Shown here: in pieces, positions 7,962 through 17,390 of the stretch
How positions within the stretch are numbered: the stretch's first letter is position 1
How the letters are laid out: each line of letters begins with the position of its first letter
Source of the DNA: a bacterium
GTDB lineage: Bacteria > Bacillota > Clostridia > Christensenellales > Aristaeellaceae
Assembly (NCBI GenBank): GCA_963624325.1
Contig: CAVFPH010000003.1
Location: forward strand, 15,029-47,028
Direction: 5' to 3'
DNA: 32,000 bases
The notes under the pieces: generated by a model
Database searches by the model: none
What the model saw: the letters and a program-made list of their open reading frames with translations, nothing else
What the model was told of the DNA's origin: nothing
Position numbers and translations under genes: made by a program

Positions 7962-8636
7962 TTGATATATCGAAATGAAATCAAGCACGAAATCAATGCC
8001 GGCGATAAAGCGGCGATTGTCGCCAATCTGCGTGCCGTGGCATCCCCCGACCCGCACGCCGGCAAAGACGGGCGGTATCTGATCCGCAGTCTTTACTTTG
8101 ATAACCTGTACGATAAGGCCCTGCACGAAAAAATCGACGGAGTAAATGAGCGCGAAAAGTTTCGCATCCGCTACTACAACGGTGATACCTCCTTTATCCA
8201 GCTGGAAAAGAAGGTAAAGCGGGGCGGCCTGGGCTACAAGGTATCCGCCGCACTCACCGCGCAGGAAGCGCAGCGCATTGTAGACGGTGATACCCAGTGG
8301 ATGGCCACAAGCGGCCGCGGACTTGTAATCGAGCTGTACAGCAAGATGAAGTCCCAAGGGCTGCGTCCAAGCGTCATTGTGGATTACACCCGCACACCCT
8401 TTGTGTATAAGCCGGGCAACGTTCGGGTAACGATCGACGAAAACATCCGTACCGGCCTCAAGTGTGTGGATTTCCTCAATCCAAACTGCGTCACCATCCC
8501 GGCAGGCGCCCCCGTGATGATTCTGGAAGTCAAGTGGGATGATTATCTGCCCAGCACCATCCGGCGTGCCGTGCAGGTAAAGAGCCGCCGCTGCGGTGCA
8601 TTTTCCAAGTACGAGCGCTGCAGGATATACGGCTGA
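7962..8636 (+). CDS. VTC-domain (polyphosphate polymerase-like triphosphate-tunnel) protein
   Basis: The N-terminal strand YRNEIKHEI, followed by RSLYFD, EKFRIRYY, LEKKVKRG and ILEVKWD, is the alternating charged beta-strand pattern of bacterial VTC-domain proteins. No TM segment is present. I chose the TTG at 7962 because AAAGGAG lies 7 nt upstream; the ORF-track ATG at 7872 has no RBS. Confidence 0.8.
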   Translation: MIYRNEIKHEINAGDKAAIVANLRAVASPDPHAGKDGRYLIRSLYFDNLYDKALHEKIDGVNEREKFRIRYYNGDTSFIQLEKKVKRGGLGYKVSAALTAQEAQRIVDGDTQWMATSGRGLVIELYSKMKSQGLRPSVIVDYTRTPFVYKPGNVRVTIDENIRTGLKCVDFLNPNCVTIPAGAPVMILEVKWDDYLPSTIRRAVQVKSRRCGAFSKYERCRIYG

Positions 8637-8698
8637 CGGCATTTCGGCAACCGACGATTCAAATTTCAACGATCAGAACGTGAAAGGAAGTACTCCCC

Positions 8699-9373
8699 AT
8701 GACCAATTTTTCCGACATTTTCAAGTCCTCTTTTCTTGAGAACGTAACCAGCGTTTCCTTGGTAGACATGGTCATTTGTCTGCTGCTTGCCTTCGGCGTA
8801 GGCCTGTTCATCTTCTTCGTGTACAAAAAAACGTATGCGGGCGTTATGTATTCCTCCTCCTTCGGCGGAACGCTTGTGGCTCTGACAATGATTACCAGCA
8901 TGGTCATTCTGGCCGTAACCAGCAACGTGGTACTTTCCCTCGGCATGGTAGGCGCCCTCTCCATCGTACGTTTCCGTACAGCCATCAAAGAGCCGATGGA
9001 CATTGCTTTCCTGTTCTGGGCAATCGCGGCAGGCATTGTGCTGGCCGCCGGCATGATCCCGCTGGCCGTGTTCGGCAGTGTGGTCATCGGGCTGATCATG
9101 CTTCTGTTCATGAACCGCAAGTCCAAGGACAATCCCTTTATCGCGGTCATTACCTGCCGTGATCATGATGCCGAAAAACGCGCCGCGGAATATCTGACCA
9201 AGCATGTGAAGAAAGCCGACATCAAGAGCAAGACTGCGCAGGAAGGCCATATCGAGCTGAATTACGAAGTTCGCCTGCAGTCTGACGATACCGATTTCAT
9301 CACCGAGCTTTCTGAGCTTGAAGGTGTCAACAGCGCCGTGCTGGTCTCCTATAATGGCGATTACATGGGGTGA
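8699..9373 (+). CDS. DUF4956-family polytopic membrane protein
   Basis: About five hydrophobic segments are present, including the family-typical SLGMVGALSIVRFRTAIKEPMDIAFLFWAI. These are followed by a soluble tail of about 85 aa. A GAAAGGAAG RBS lies upstream. Confidence 0.8.
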   Translation: MTNFSDIFKSSFLENVTSVSLVDMVICLLLAFGVGLFIFFVYKKTYAGVMYSSSFGGTLVALTMITSMVILAVTSNVVLSLGMVGALSIVRFRTAIKEPMDIAFLFWAIAAGIVLAAGMIPLAVFGSVVIGLIMLLFMNRKSKDNPFIAVITCRDHDAEKRAAEYLTKHVKKADIKSKTAQEGHIELNYEVRLQSDDTDFITELSELEGVNSAVLVSYNGDYMG

Positions 9374-9378
9374 GCAAT

Positions 9379-11763
9379 ATGCTCAAATCCGGAAAAATAG
9401 ACCGCATATGCTGTCTGGTCATTGTTTGTACCATGCTGCTGGCGGCAGTCTTCACGGCCATGGCAGGTTTTGGCGTGCTGGAAAGCAACCGTCAAAGCAG
9501 CTTGACCTATACAAGTCATCTGTTTGACCAGAGCACGGTGCACAAAATCGAAATCACCATGCAGGACTGGGACAGCTTTATCGATACCTGTACCAATGAA
9601 GAATACGCATCCTGTACGGTGACAATCGACGGTGAGGCACAGGGGACGGCAGGCATCCGTGCCAAAGGCAATACATCGCTCAGCTCCGTGGCGCAGTACG
9701 GTAACGACCGTTACAGCTTCAAAATAGAGTTTGACCATTATCAGGATGGAAAAACCTATCGCGGGCTGGACAAATTAAGCCTGAACAACCTGATTCAGGA
9801 CGCTACCTACATGAAGGATTACTGGAGCTACACCTTCATGAGCAAAATGGGGGTAGCCTCTCCCCTTTGCAGCTATACGGAAATCTACGTAAACGGCGAA
9901 TATTGGGGACTTTATCTGGCCGTTGAAGGCGTTGAGGATGCTTTTCTGGAGCGCAATTACGGGGAAGACAGCGGAGAGCTGTACAAGCCGGACAGCTTGA
10001 GCTTCGGCGGCGGCCGCGGCAACGGACGCGACTTTGACATGCAGGACTTCCAGGAAAAGTTCAGCAGCACCGACAGCAGCGAATCCGATCCGCCCGAGAG
10101 CGGTGCAGAAGATACGCAAAGCACATCCGGCATGCCGACACCGCCGAGCCAAGGCGGAGGCTTTGATTTCAGTTCTTTCATGCCCAGCAGCGGTTCGCAG
10201 GCCAATACCGCATCTGATAATTCCGCTGACAGCACCCCCGAAGGATTTACGCCTCCCATGCAGGGAAACAGCACCTCGGATCAGGCAGCTGCCGATACTT
10301 CGGACAGCAGTCAGAGTGCCAAGCAGTTTGATGCCGAAAGCAAGCCCGATATCGGCAGCTTCGGCAATTTCGGCGGCTTTGGCGGTTTCGGTATGGGCAG
10401 CAGCGATGTCAAGCTGCAGTACATCGATGACGATCCCGACAGCTATTCCAACATCTTTGACAGTGCAAAGACAAAGATAAAAGAAAAAGACAAAACGCGT
10501 CTGATTGCCGCGCTCAAAAAGCTCAGTGAGGGCGACACCAGCGCCATCGATACGGATTCCGTTGCCATGTACATGGCCGTGCATAACTTCCTGTGCAATG
10601 AAGACAGCTATACCGGCACCATGGTGCACAACTACTATCTGTACGAAGACGATGGCGTGATGAGCATGATCCCTTGGGATTACAACCTGGCCTTCGGCGG
10701 CTTTACCGGCGGCATTGATGCAACCGACACCGTCAATACGGCCATTGATACACTGGTTTCCAGCGGAGATGCCTCCGAGCGCCCCATGGCAGGCTGGATT
10801 ACCTCAAGTAAGGAAAACCTTGCCCTCTACCATGAAAAGTATCAGCAGTTCATCGATGAGGTGTTCACCAGCGGCTGGTTTGAAAGCGAGTATGAGCGTG
10901 TGTACGCCATGATCGCACCCTATGTGGAGAAGGAAACCCACGCATTCTACACGTATGATGAGTTCCAGACGGGAGCAGCCACATTAAAGAGCTTCTGTCT
11001 CAAGCGCGCTCAAAGCGTTCAGGGACAGCTGGACGGCAGCATTCCTTCTACCGATTCCGCGCAAAGAGGAAGCACTGCGCTGATTGACGCAAGCGAATTG
11101 AGCCTTTCTTCCATGGGCAGCATGAATACCGGCAACAACGGCGGTGATCAAAAGAGCCCTCCCGGCGGCGGCAGCTTTAGCTTTGACTTTGATGGGAATT
11201 TCAGCACCGACAGCATCCCGCAAATGCCCACGCAGGGTGGGAATACATCCTCCGGCAGCGATGATTTCAGCGGCAGTTTCGGCGGCAGCTCAGGCGGAAA
11301 TGCCGGTCAGGCGGGCGATACATCATCGTCTGAAGATGCCGGCACAGCCAATACGCAGCCGTCAAATATGCCGCAGATGCCCGCTCAGGGAGGCACCATG
11401 CCGTCGTCAGATGATTTCAGCGGCAGTTTCGGCGGAAGTTCGGGCGGAAAAGCCGATCAGGCGGGGGATGCTCAATCTTCCGATGCTGTAAGCGCATCCG
11501 ATATCCCGGCAAGTGCCCCGACGGCCTCGGCAGCGCCCGCTCCCGCTTCGGAAACGCGAACCGATGCGTCCGCCGATGAAAGCAAGGACGAGCAAAAGTC
11601 AAATCACGGGAACAGTAAGTCGGAACACGGCAATGGTGATTTTTCTTTCCCGGATCAAAATCACGGAACGCAGAATCAGGCAAAATGGGCTTATCTGCTT
11701 GCCTGCGCAGTCGTGTTGATCCTTGCCTGTATTATTGTCAAGTGCTTTAAGCACCGCACATAA
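9379..11763 (+). CDS. CotH kinase-family protein with N- and C-terminal membrane anchors and Ser/Gly/Asp-rich low-complexity regions
   Basis: CotH blocks YSFKIEFD, LNNLIQDATYMKDY, EIYVNGEYWGLYLAVEGVED, GELYKPD and HNYYLYEDDGVMSMIPWDYNLAFGGF are present. The N-terminal TM is ICCLVIVCTMLLAAVFTAMAGF and the C-terminal TM is WAYLLACAVVLILACIIV followed by KCFKHRT. An alternative GTG start at 9370 overlaps the DUF4956 stop (GTGA). Confidence 0.85.
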   Translation: MLKSGKIDRICCLVIVCTMLLAAVFTAMAGFGVLESNRQSSLTYTSHLFDQSTVHKIEITMQDWDSFIDTCTNEEYASCTVTIDGEAQGTAGIRAKGNTSLSSVAQYGNDRYSFKIEFDHYQDGKTYRGLDKLSLNNLIQDATYMKDYWSYTFMSKMGVASPLCSYTEIYVNGEYWGLYLAVEGVEDAFLERNYGEDSGELYKPDSLSFGGGRGNGRDFDMQDFQEKFSSTDSSESDPPESGAEDTQSTSGMPTPPSQGGGFDFSSFMPSSGSQANTASDNSADSTPEGFTPPMQGNSTSDQAAADTSDSSQSAKQFDAESKPDIGSFGNFGGFGGFGMGSSDVKLQYIDDDPDSYSNIFDSAKTKIKEKDKTRLIAALKKLSEGDTSAIDTDSVAMYMAVHNFLCNEDSYTGTMVHNYYLYEDDGVMSMIPWDYNLAFGGFTGGIDATDTVNTAIDTLVSSGDASERPMAGWITSSKENLALYHEKYQQFIDEVFTSGWFESEYERVYAMIAPYVEKETHAFYTYDEFQTGAATLKSFCLKRAQSVQGQLDGSIPSTDSAQRGSTALIDASELSLSSMGSMNTGNNGGDQKSPPGGGSFSFDFDGNFSTDSIPQMPTQGGNTSSGSDDFSGSFGGSSGGNAGQAGDTSSSEDAGTANTQPSNMPQMPAQGGTMPSSDDFSGSFGGSSGGKADQAGDAQSSDAVSASDIPASAPTASAAPAPASETRTDASADESKDEQKSNHGNSKSEHGNGDFSFPDQNHGTQNQAKWAYLLACAVVLILACIIVKCFKHRT
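11218..11480 (+). repeat. In-frame near-tandem duplication (about 150-153 nt, about 50 aa) inside the CotH C-terminal low-complexity region
   Basis: The 26-mer GATGATTTCAGCGGCAGTTTCGGCGG occurs identically at 11260-11285 and 11410-11435. The units encode PQMPTQGG..SDDFSGSFGGSSGGNAGQAGD and PQMPAQGG..SDDFSGSFGGSSGGKADQAGD. Confidence 0.85.
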
Positions 11764-11773
11764 TCCGCCAGAG

Positions 11774-11810
11774 AAATGCCTGAAATTTAACAGATTTCGG
11801 GCATTTTTTC
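11774..11810 (+). terminator. Intrinsic terminator after the CotH gene
   Basis: The stem AAATGCCTGAAAT/ATTTCGGGCATTT is followed by TTTTTT. Confidence 0.75.
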
Positions 11811-11826
11811 ACATTTCCGATTGTTC

Positions 11827-11866
11827 AAAAGATCCCTTCGGGCATCGCTGCCCGAAGGGATCTTTT
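11827..11866 (-). terminator. Intrinsic terminator after groEL, bidirectional in form
   Basis: The stem AAAAGATCCCTTCGGGCA/TGCCCGAAGGGATCTTTT is perfect and is flanked by A and T tracts. Confidence 0.8.
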
Positions 11867-11889
11867 ATGCTGTTTTTCTCAGCTTTCCA

Positions 11890-13521
<1,632 letters not shown>

Positions 13522-13556
13522 TCATGCACTCCTTTTCATTCAAGTGAATATCGTAA

Positions 13557-13880
<324 letters not shown>

Positions 13881-13907
13881 TTAGCAATCGCAGCTATTGA
13901 GTGCTAA
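13881..13907 (-). promoter_or_regulatory. CIRCE element (HrcA operator) upstream of groES
   Basis: The gene strand reads TTAGCACTC-N9-GATTGCTAA, one mismatch from the consensus TTAGCACTC-N9-GAGTGCTAA. Confidence 0.85.
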
Positions 13908-13921
13908 CGCCCTACGCATAT

Positions 13922-13950
13922 AGTTTAACGCATATTTTCAATATATGCAA
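13922..13950 (-). promoter_or_regulatory. Candidate groESL promoter (TTGCAT-17-TAAACT)
   Basis: The -35 is the complement of 13945-13950 and the -10 is the complement of 13922-13927. An A/T-rich tract lies upstream, and CIRCE lies just downstream of the predicted TSS. Confidence 0.45.
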
Positions 13951-14098
13951 TACCTTTTTTCAAAAAAATTTTTGATTTTTTAGCTTTCGTGGCATGGAAA
14001 TGTTTTTTTCATAAAAAATGCTGTTTTCTGCCGTTCTATGGGCACAGATGCGGGAAGTATGGTATACTATGCTTGTTTCGCTAACGGAGGTTGCATTC

Positions 14099-15136
14099 AT
14101 GGCTTACCCGATGTTGTTGTCCTGGTATGATGAGAACCGCCGCATCCTGCCTTTTCGCGGCACGAGGGATCCCTATGCCGTATGGATCTCGGAGATTATG
14201 CTGCAGCAAACGCGCACCGATACGGTGTGCGGTTATTATCTGCGTTTTATGAAACGTTTTCCCGATGTATCTTCCCTGGCCCAAGCCGATGAACAGGAAG
14301 TTCTCAAACTTTGGGAAGGTCTGGGCTACTATTCCCGCGCGCGGAATTTGCATAAAGCCGCCAAAATCATTCAAAGCCAATACGGTGGGCGGTTCCCCAC
14401 CCGCTATGAGGGAATCCGTTCACTGCCCGGCGTGGGGGATTATACGGCCGCTGCCATTGCAAGCATTGCCTATCATCTGCCCTATCCGGCAATTGACGGC
14501 AATCTGACCCGCGTTTTGTCGCGGGTACACGGCATACGGGAGGATGTGGATCGTCCCGCCGCAAAGCAGCTTATTCGGAAAGCGGGCGAAGCAGAAATCG
14601 ACAGGAACCGCCCGGGAGACTGGAATCAGGCTTTGATGGATCTGGGAGCATCCATCTGTGTGCCCGGGACGCCGGACTGTGCCGTATGCCCTTTGAGCAG
14701 TCATTGCGATGCCTGCAGGCAGGGTGATGCGGCTCAGCTGCCCATTCGTTCCGCCGCAAAGCCGCCTGTCCCGATTGACGTAGGCGTCGGCCTGATAATT
14801 GCAGAAGGACACGTGCTGACGCTCAAACGCGAATCCGCGCTTCTGAAAGGGCTATGGGTTTTTCTGCTGAATGAGGGTGACAGTACGCCCGAAGGGATGC
14901 AAAAGAAAGCTAAGCAAATGGGAGTCGATGAATGCGCCCCCGTATTTCTATGTGAAGCGCGGCACGTGTTCACGCATCGCATATGGAACATGAAGCTCTA
15001 CCGCATCGATTTGCCTGCCATACCGCGCCGTATAACGGGACAATGGGCAGATGCGCAAATGCTGTCGGATTTACCCATGCCGACGGCCATGAAAGCTGCG
15101 CGCAAAGCGGCTATGGAAATCCTGAAAAGCGAATAG
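14099..15136 (+). CDS. mutY: A/G-specific adenine DNA glycosylase MutY
   Basis: Contains the HhH-GPD motif (LPGVGDYTAAAI), the 4Fe-4S loop CVPGTPDCAVCPLSSHC and a C-terminal Nudix-like domain. I chose the ATG at 14099 because GGAGG lies upstream. Confidence 0.9.
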   Translation: MAYPMLLSWYDENRRILPFRGTRDPYAVWISEIMLQQTRTDTVCGYYLRFMKRFPDVSSLAQADEQEVLKLWEGLGYYSRARNLHKAAKIIQSQYGGRFPTRYEGIRSLPGVGDYTAAAIASIAYHLPYPAIDGNLTRVLSRVHGIREDVDRPAAKQLIRKAGEAEIDRNRPGDWNQALMDLGASICVPGTPDCAVCPLSSHCDACRQGDAAQLPIRSAAKPPVPIDVGVGLIIAEGHVLTLKRESALLKGLWVFLLNEGDSTPEGMQKKAKQMGVDECAPVFLCEARHVFTHRIWNMKLYRIDLPAIPRRITGQWADAQMLSDLPMPTAMKAARKAAMEILKSE

Positions 15137-15142
15137 CGTCTC

Positions 15143-15170
15143 GGCAGCCGTGAGAACGGCTGCTTTTTTG
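15143..15170 (+). terminator. Intrinsic terminator after mutY
   Basis: GGCAGCCG-TGAGAA-CGGCTGC is followed by TTTTTT. Confidence 0.8.
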
Positions 15171-15228
15171 TAGCATTTATGTGCATGTAAATGGATGAAA
15201 ATCAGAAGTTGTGAACAAATTATGAATA

Positions 15229-15270
15229 TTAGCACTCACCTATTGACAGTGCTGATAATGTGAGTATAAT
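15229..15270 (+). promoter_or_regulatory. CIRCE-like operator overlapping a sigma-A promoter for hsp20
   Basis: TTAGCACTC-ACCTATTGA-CAGTGCTGA at 15229-15255 has two mismatches in the right arm. TTGACA is at 15243-15248, followed by a 16-nt spacer and TATAAT at 15265-15270. Confidence 0.6.
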
Positions 15271-15392
15271 AAGGGCTGTGCTTAGGAAAGAGGCCCAAAG
15301 GGTTCCGAGGCATGGGTGATGAGCCCGGCAAGGCGAGTGCCCTGCAAAGGTTCATCGGTTATCCGCAAGGATATTGAAAGGAAGTATGTATT

Positions 15393-15836
15393 ATGTTGCC
15401 TATGGTTTTCAGTGAGAATCTGTTTGATGATCTGTTTAACGATACCTTCGCCCGCAGCATGTGGAACACCAACAAGGAGCTCTACGGCAAGAACGCTTCC
15501 CGTCTGATGAAGACGGATGTACATGAAACGGAAGACAGCTACGAGCTGGCCATCGATCTGCCCGGCTTCAAGAAGGAAGAAATCAACGTAGACCTGAAGG
15601 ATGGTTATCTGACCATCCGTGCCACCAAGTCCTTGGACAAGGATGAAGAGGACAAGAAGCAGCGCCGTGTCATCCGTCAGGAGCGCTATGTCGGCACCAG
15701 CCAGCGTACCTTCTACGTGGGCGATGTAAAGGCCGAGGATGTCAAGTGCAAGTATGAGGCCGGCGTGCTCATGATCGAAGTTCCCAAGAAGGACGTCAAG
15801 AAGATTGAAGGTCCTCATACCATCGCAATCGAATAA
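15393..15836 (+). CDS. Hsp20/alpha-crystallin family small heat-shock protein
   Basis: The alpha-crystallin domain reads TDVHETEDSYELAIDLPGFKKEEINVDLKDGYLTIRA...GVLMIEVPK. A GAAAGGAAG RBS lies upstream. Confidence 0.92.
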   Translation: MLPMVFSENLFDDLFNDTFARSMWNTNKELYGKNASRLMKTDVHETEDSYELAIDLPGFKKEEINVDLKDGYLTIRATKSLDKDEEDKKQRRVIRQERYVGTSQRTFYVGDVKAEDVKCKYEAGVLMIEVPKKDVKKIEGPHTIAIE

Positions 15837-15856
15837 TCAACCGATTCAAAATGTCA

Positions 15857-15888
15857 AAGGGGTTCCCGCATCGGGAGCCCCTTTTTTG
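15857..15888 (+). terminator. Intrinsic terminator after hsp20
   Basis: The stem AAGGGGTTCCCG/CGGGAGCCCCTT is followed by TTTTTT. Confidence 0.8.
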
Positions 15889-15913
15889 GGCGTCGGCAAA
15901 GTCGCCGCCCACC

Positions 15914-15937
15914 GAGAAAATGAAATTTCATTTTCTC
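15914..15937. repeat. Perfect 24-bp palindrome in the hsp20/MATE convergent spacer
   Basis: The sequence GAGAAAATGAAATTTCATTTTCTC is self-complementary (12+12). Confidence 0.9.
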
Positions 15938-16046
15938 TTCTGCATTCAGCAGAAGCAACCGCAGCTTTGTTGATAGTCCGGGGATCCTGCATCGGGAGCC
16001 CCCCCTTTTCATGCCGTCATACACCGCATTTCGGCTGTTTCTGCGC

Positions 16047-17375
16047 TCAGTAGCCGTATTTCATTCGCTTTGTTTTCAGGAAAAGGATCAATACGATTAC
16101 AGACATGACCTCGGCCGCGACAATGGACAGCCATACCCCGTCCAAGCCCCAGATGAGCGGGAAGAGAAGAACCGCGGCTACCTGAAACACAAGCGCCCGA
16201 AGGAAAGAGATCAGGGCGGAAGTAAGGCCGTCGTTCAGTGCGGTAAAGAAGGACGAGCCGAAAATAGAAAATCCGGACAGCAGGAAGGAGAAGGAAAAAA
16301 TGGCAAACGCATTGGCCGTCATTTTCATCAATTCTTCATCATAGCCCACAAACATACGGGACAGCGGCGTGGAAAGTCCTTCTCCGGCAGCAAACATCAG
16401 CACGGCGCAGATTCCGATTACACGCAGGCTGCGTTTCAGCAAGCCCTGCAGTTCCCGGTGGTTTTGCGCACCGTAATGGTACCCCACCACCGGTGCCACG
16501 CCCACCGAATATCCGATGAAAATCGCCTGAAAAATCATGCTCACGTACATCAGTACACCAAAGGCCGATATGCCGTTTTCGCCGGCATAGTGCATCAGCT
16601 GCATATTGTAGAGCATGTTCACCAGGGACATGGATACATTGCTCATAAATTCCGAGGATCCGTTGCTGCAGGTTTTCAGCAGTGCCTTTCCGTCAAAGCT
16701 GCAGCGTCCCAGGCGAAGCAAGCTGCCGTTGGGACGGGCAAAATAGATCAGCGGAATCACGCCGCCGATCATCTGGCTGACGGATGTGGCTGCCGCCGCG
16801 CCGGCAATTCCCCATTTGAACACCCCGACAAAGAGCGTATCCAGCACAATGTTAGCAACACCCGCCGCCACAGTTACGCGCAAACCCAGCTTTGGCTTTT
16901 CAGCAGTGGCGAACAAGCACTGGAACTCATACTGCATCACGTAAAATACCTGGGCGGCAAGCACAATACGGCCGTACAGCACACAATCATCCAGCATATC
17001 GTCCGTTGCGCCCATTAAGCAAGCCAGCGGACGCAAAAAAATAAAGCCGATTGCACCCAGCGCCGCTCCGCAAATGATGGATGTGTAGACAATAAGCGAA
17101 AAAATTTCGTTGGCCTTCTTTTTTTCGCCTTCGCCCAATGTTTTTGATATCAGGGCGCTGCCGCCCGTGCCGAACATAAATCCAACGCAGCCCAGAATCA
17201 TCAGCAGCGGCATGATAAAATTAACTGCGGCAAAGGCGGTTTTTCCCGCAAAGTTGGATACAAAGAAGCCATCCACCACGCCGTATATCGACGTAAAGAC
17301 CATCATCACAATGGACGGCAGAGAAAAACGCAGTAATCTGCGGGTATCAAAGTGATCTGAAAGCTGAATTTTCAT
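16047..17375 (-). CDS. MATE family efflux transporter
   Basis: The profile shows 12 TM segments, and the N-terminus LLRFSLPSIVMMVFTSIYGVVDGFFVSNF is typical of MATE/NorM-like proteins. Confidence 0.9.
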   Translation of the reverse strand: MKIQLSDHFDTRRLLRFSLPSIVMMVFTSIYGVVDGFFVSNFAGKTAFAAVNFIMPLLMILGCVGFMFGTGGSALISKTLGEGEKKKANEIFSLIVYTSIICGAALGAIGFIFLRPLACLMGATDDMLDDCVLYGRIVLAAQVFYVMQYEFQCLFATAEKPKLGLRVTVAAGVANIVLDTLFVGVFKWGIAGAAAATSVSQMIGGVIPLIYFARPNGSLLRLGRCSFDGKALLKTCSNGSSEFMSNVSMSLVNMLYNMQLMHYAGENGISAFGVLMYVSMIFQAIFIGYSVGVAPVVGYHYGAQNHRELQGLLKRSLRVIGICAVLMFAAGEGLSTPLSRMFVGYDEELMKMTANAFAIFSFSFLLSGFSIFGSSFFTALNDGLTSALISFLRALVFQVAAVLLFPLIWGLDGVWLSIVAAEVMSVIVLILFLKTKRMKYGY

Positions 17376-17390
17376 AGCTGCACCTTTTCA

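Noticed and set aside
4321-10629. Other nested or antisense ORFs: 4321-4986 and 3686-4165 (mgtE), 6903-7865 and 6267-6869 (nfnAB), 7938-8669, 8666-9250 and 9775-10629 (VTC/DUF4956/CotH).
   Set aside because: All overlap genes with clear family signatures on the other strand or in another frame. None has a start-codon context with an SD.
15277-15392. The hsp20 leader contains AAAGGGUUCCGAGG, which is reminiscent of the ykkC/guanidine-I riboswitch start (GGGUUCCGG).
   Set aside because: The remaining conserved blocks (GGUCCGAGAG and ACGG..GGGA.AAAGCCCGGGA) are absent, and the gene context (a small HSP) does not fit. It is kept only as an unexplained leader in the hsp20 finding.
15805-16053. 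An 82-aa plus-strand ORF spans the hsp20/MATE spacer.
   Set aside because: It runs through two terminator hairpins and a palindrome, has no RBS, and overlaps the hsp20 3' end.
16011-17018. A 335-aa plus-strand ORF lies antisense to the MATE transporter. ORF 28558-29571 is antisense to the M42 peptidase and ORF 30113-30853 is antisense to the LD-carboxypeptidase.
   Set aside because: The products are compositionally aberrant (H/Q/G/K/R-rich) and no RBS is present. The opposite-strand genes are well supported.
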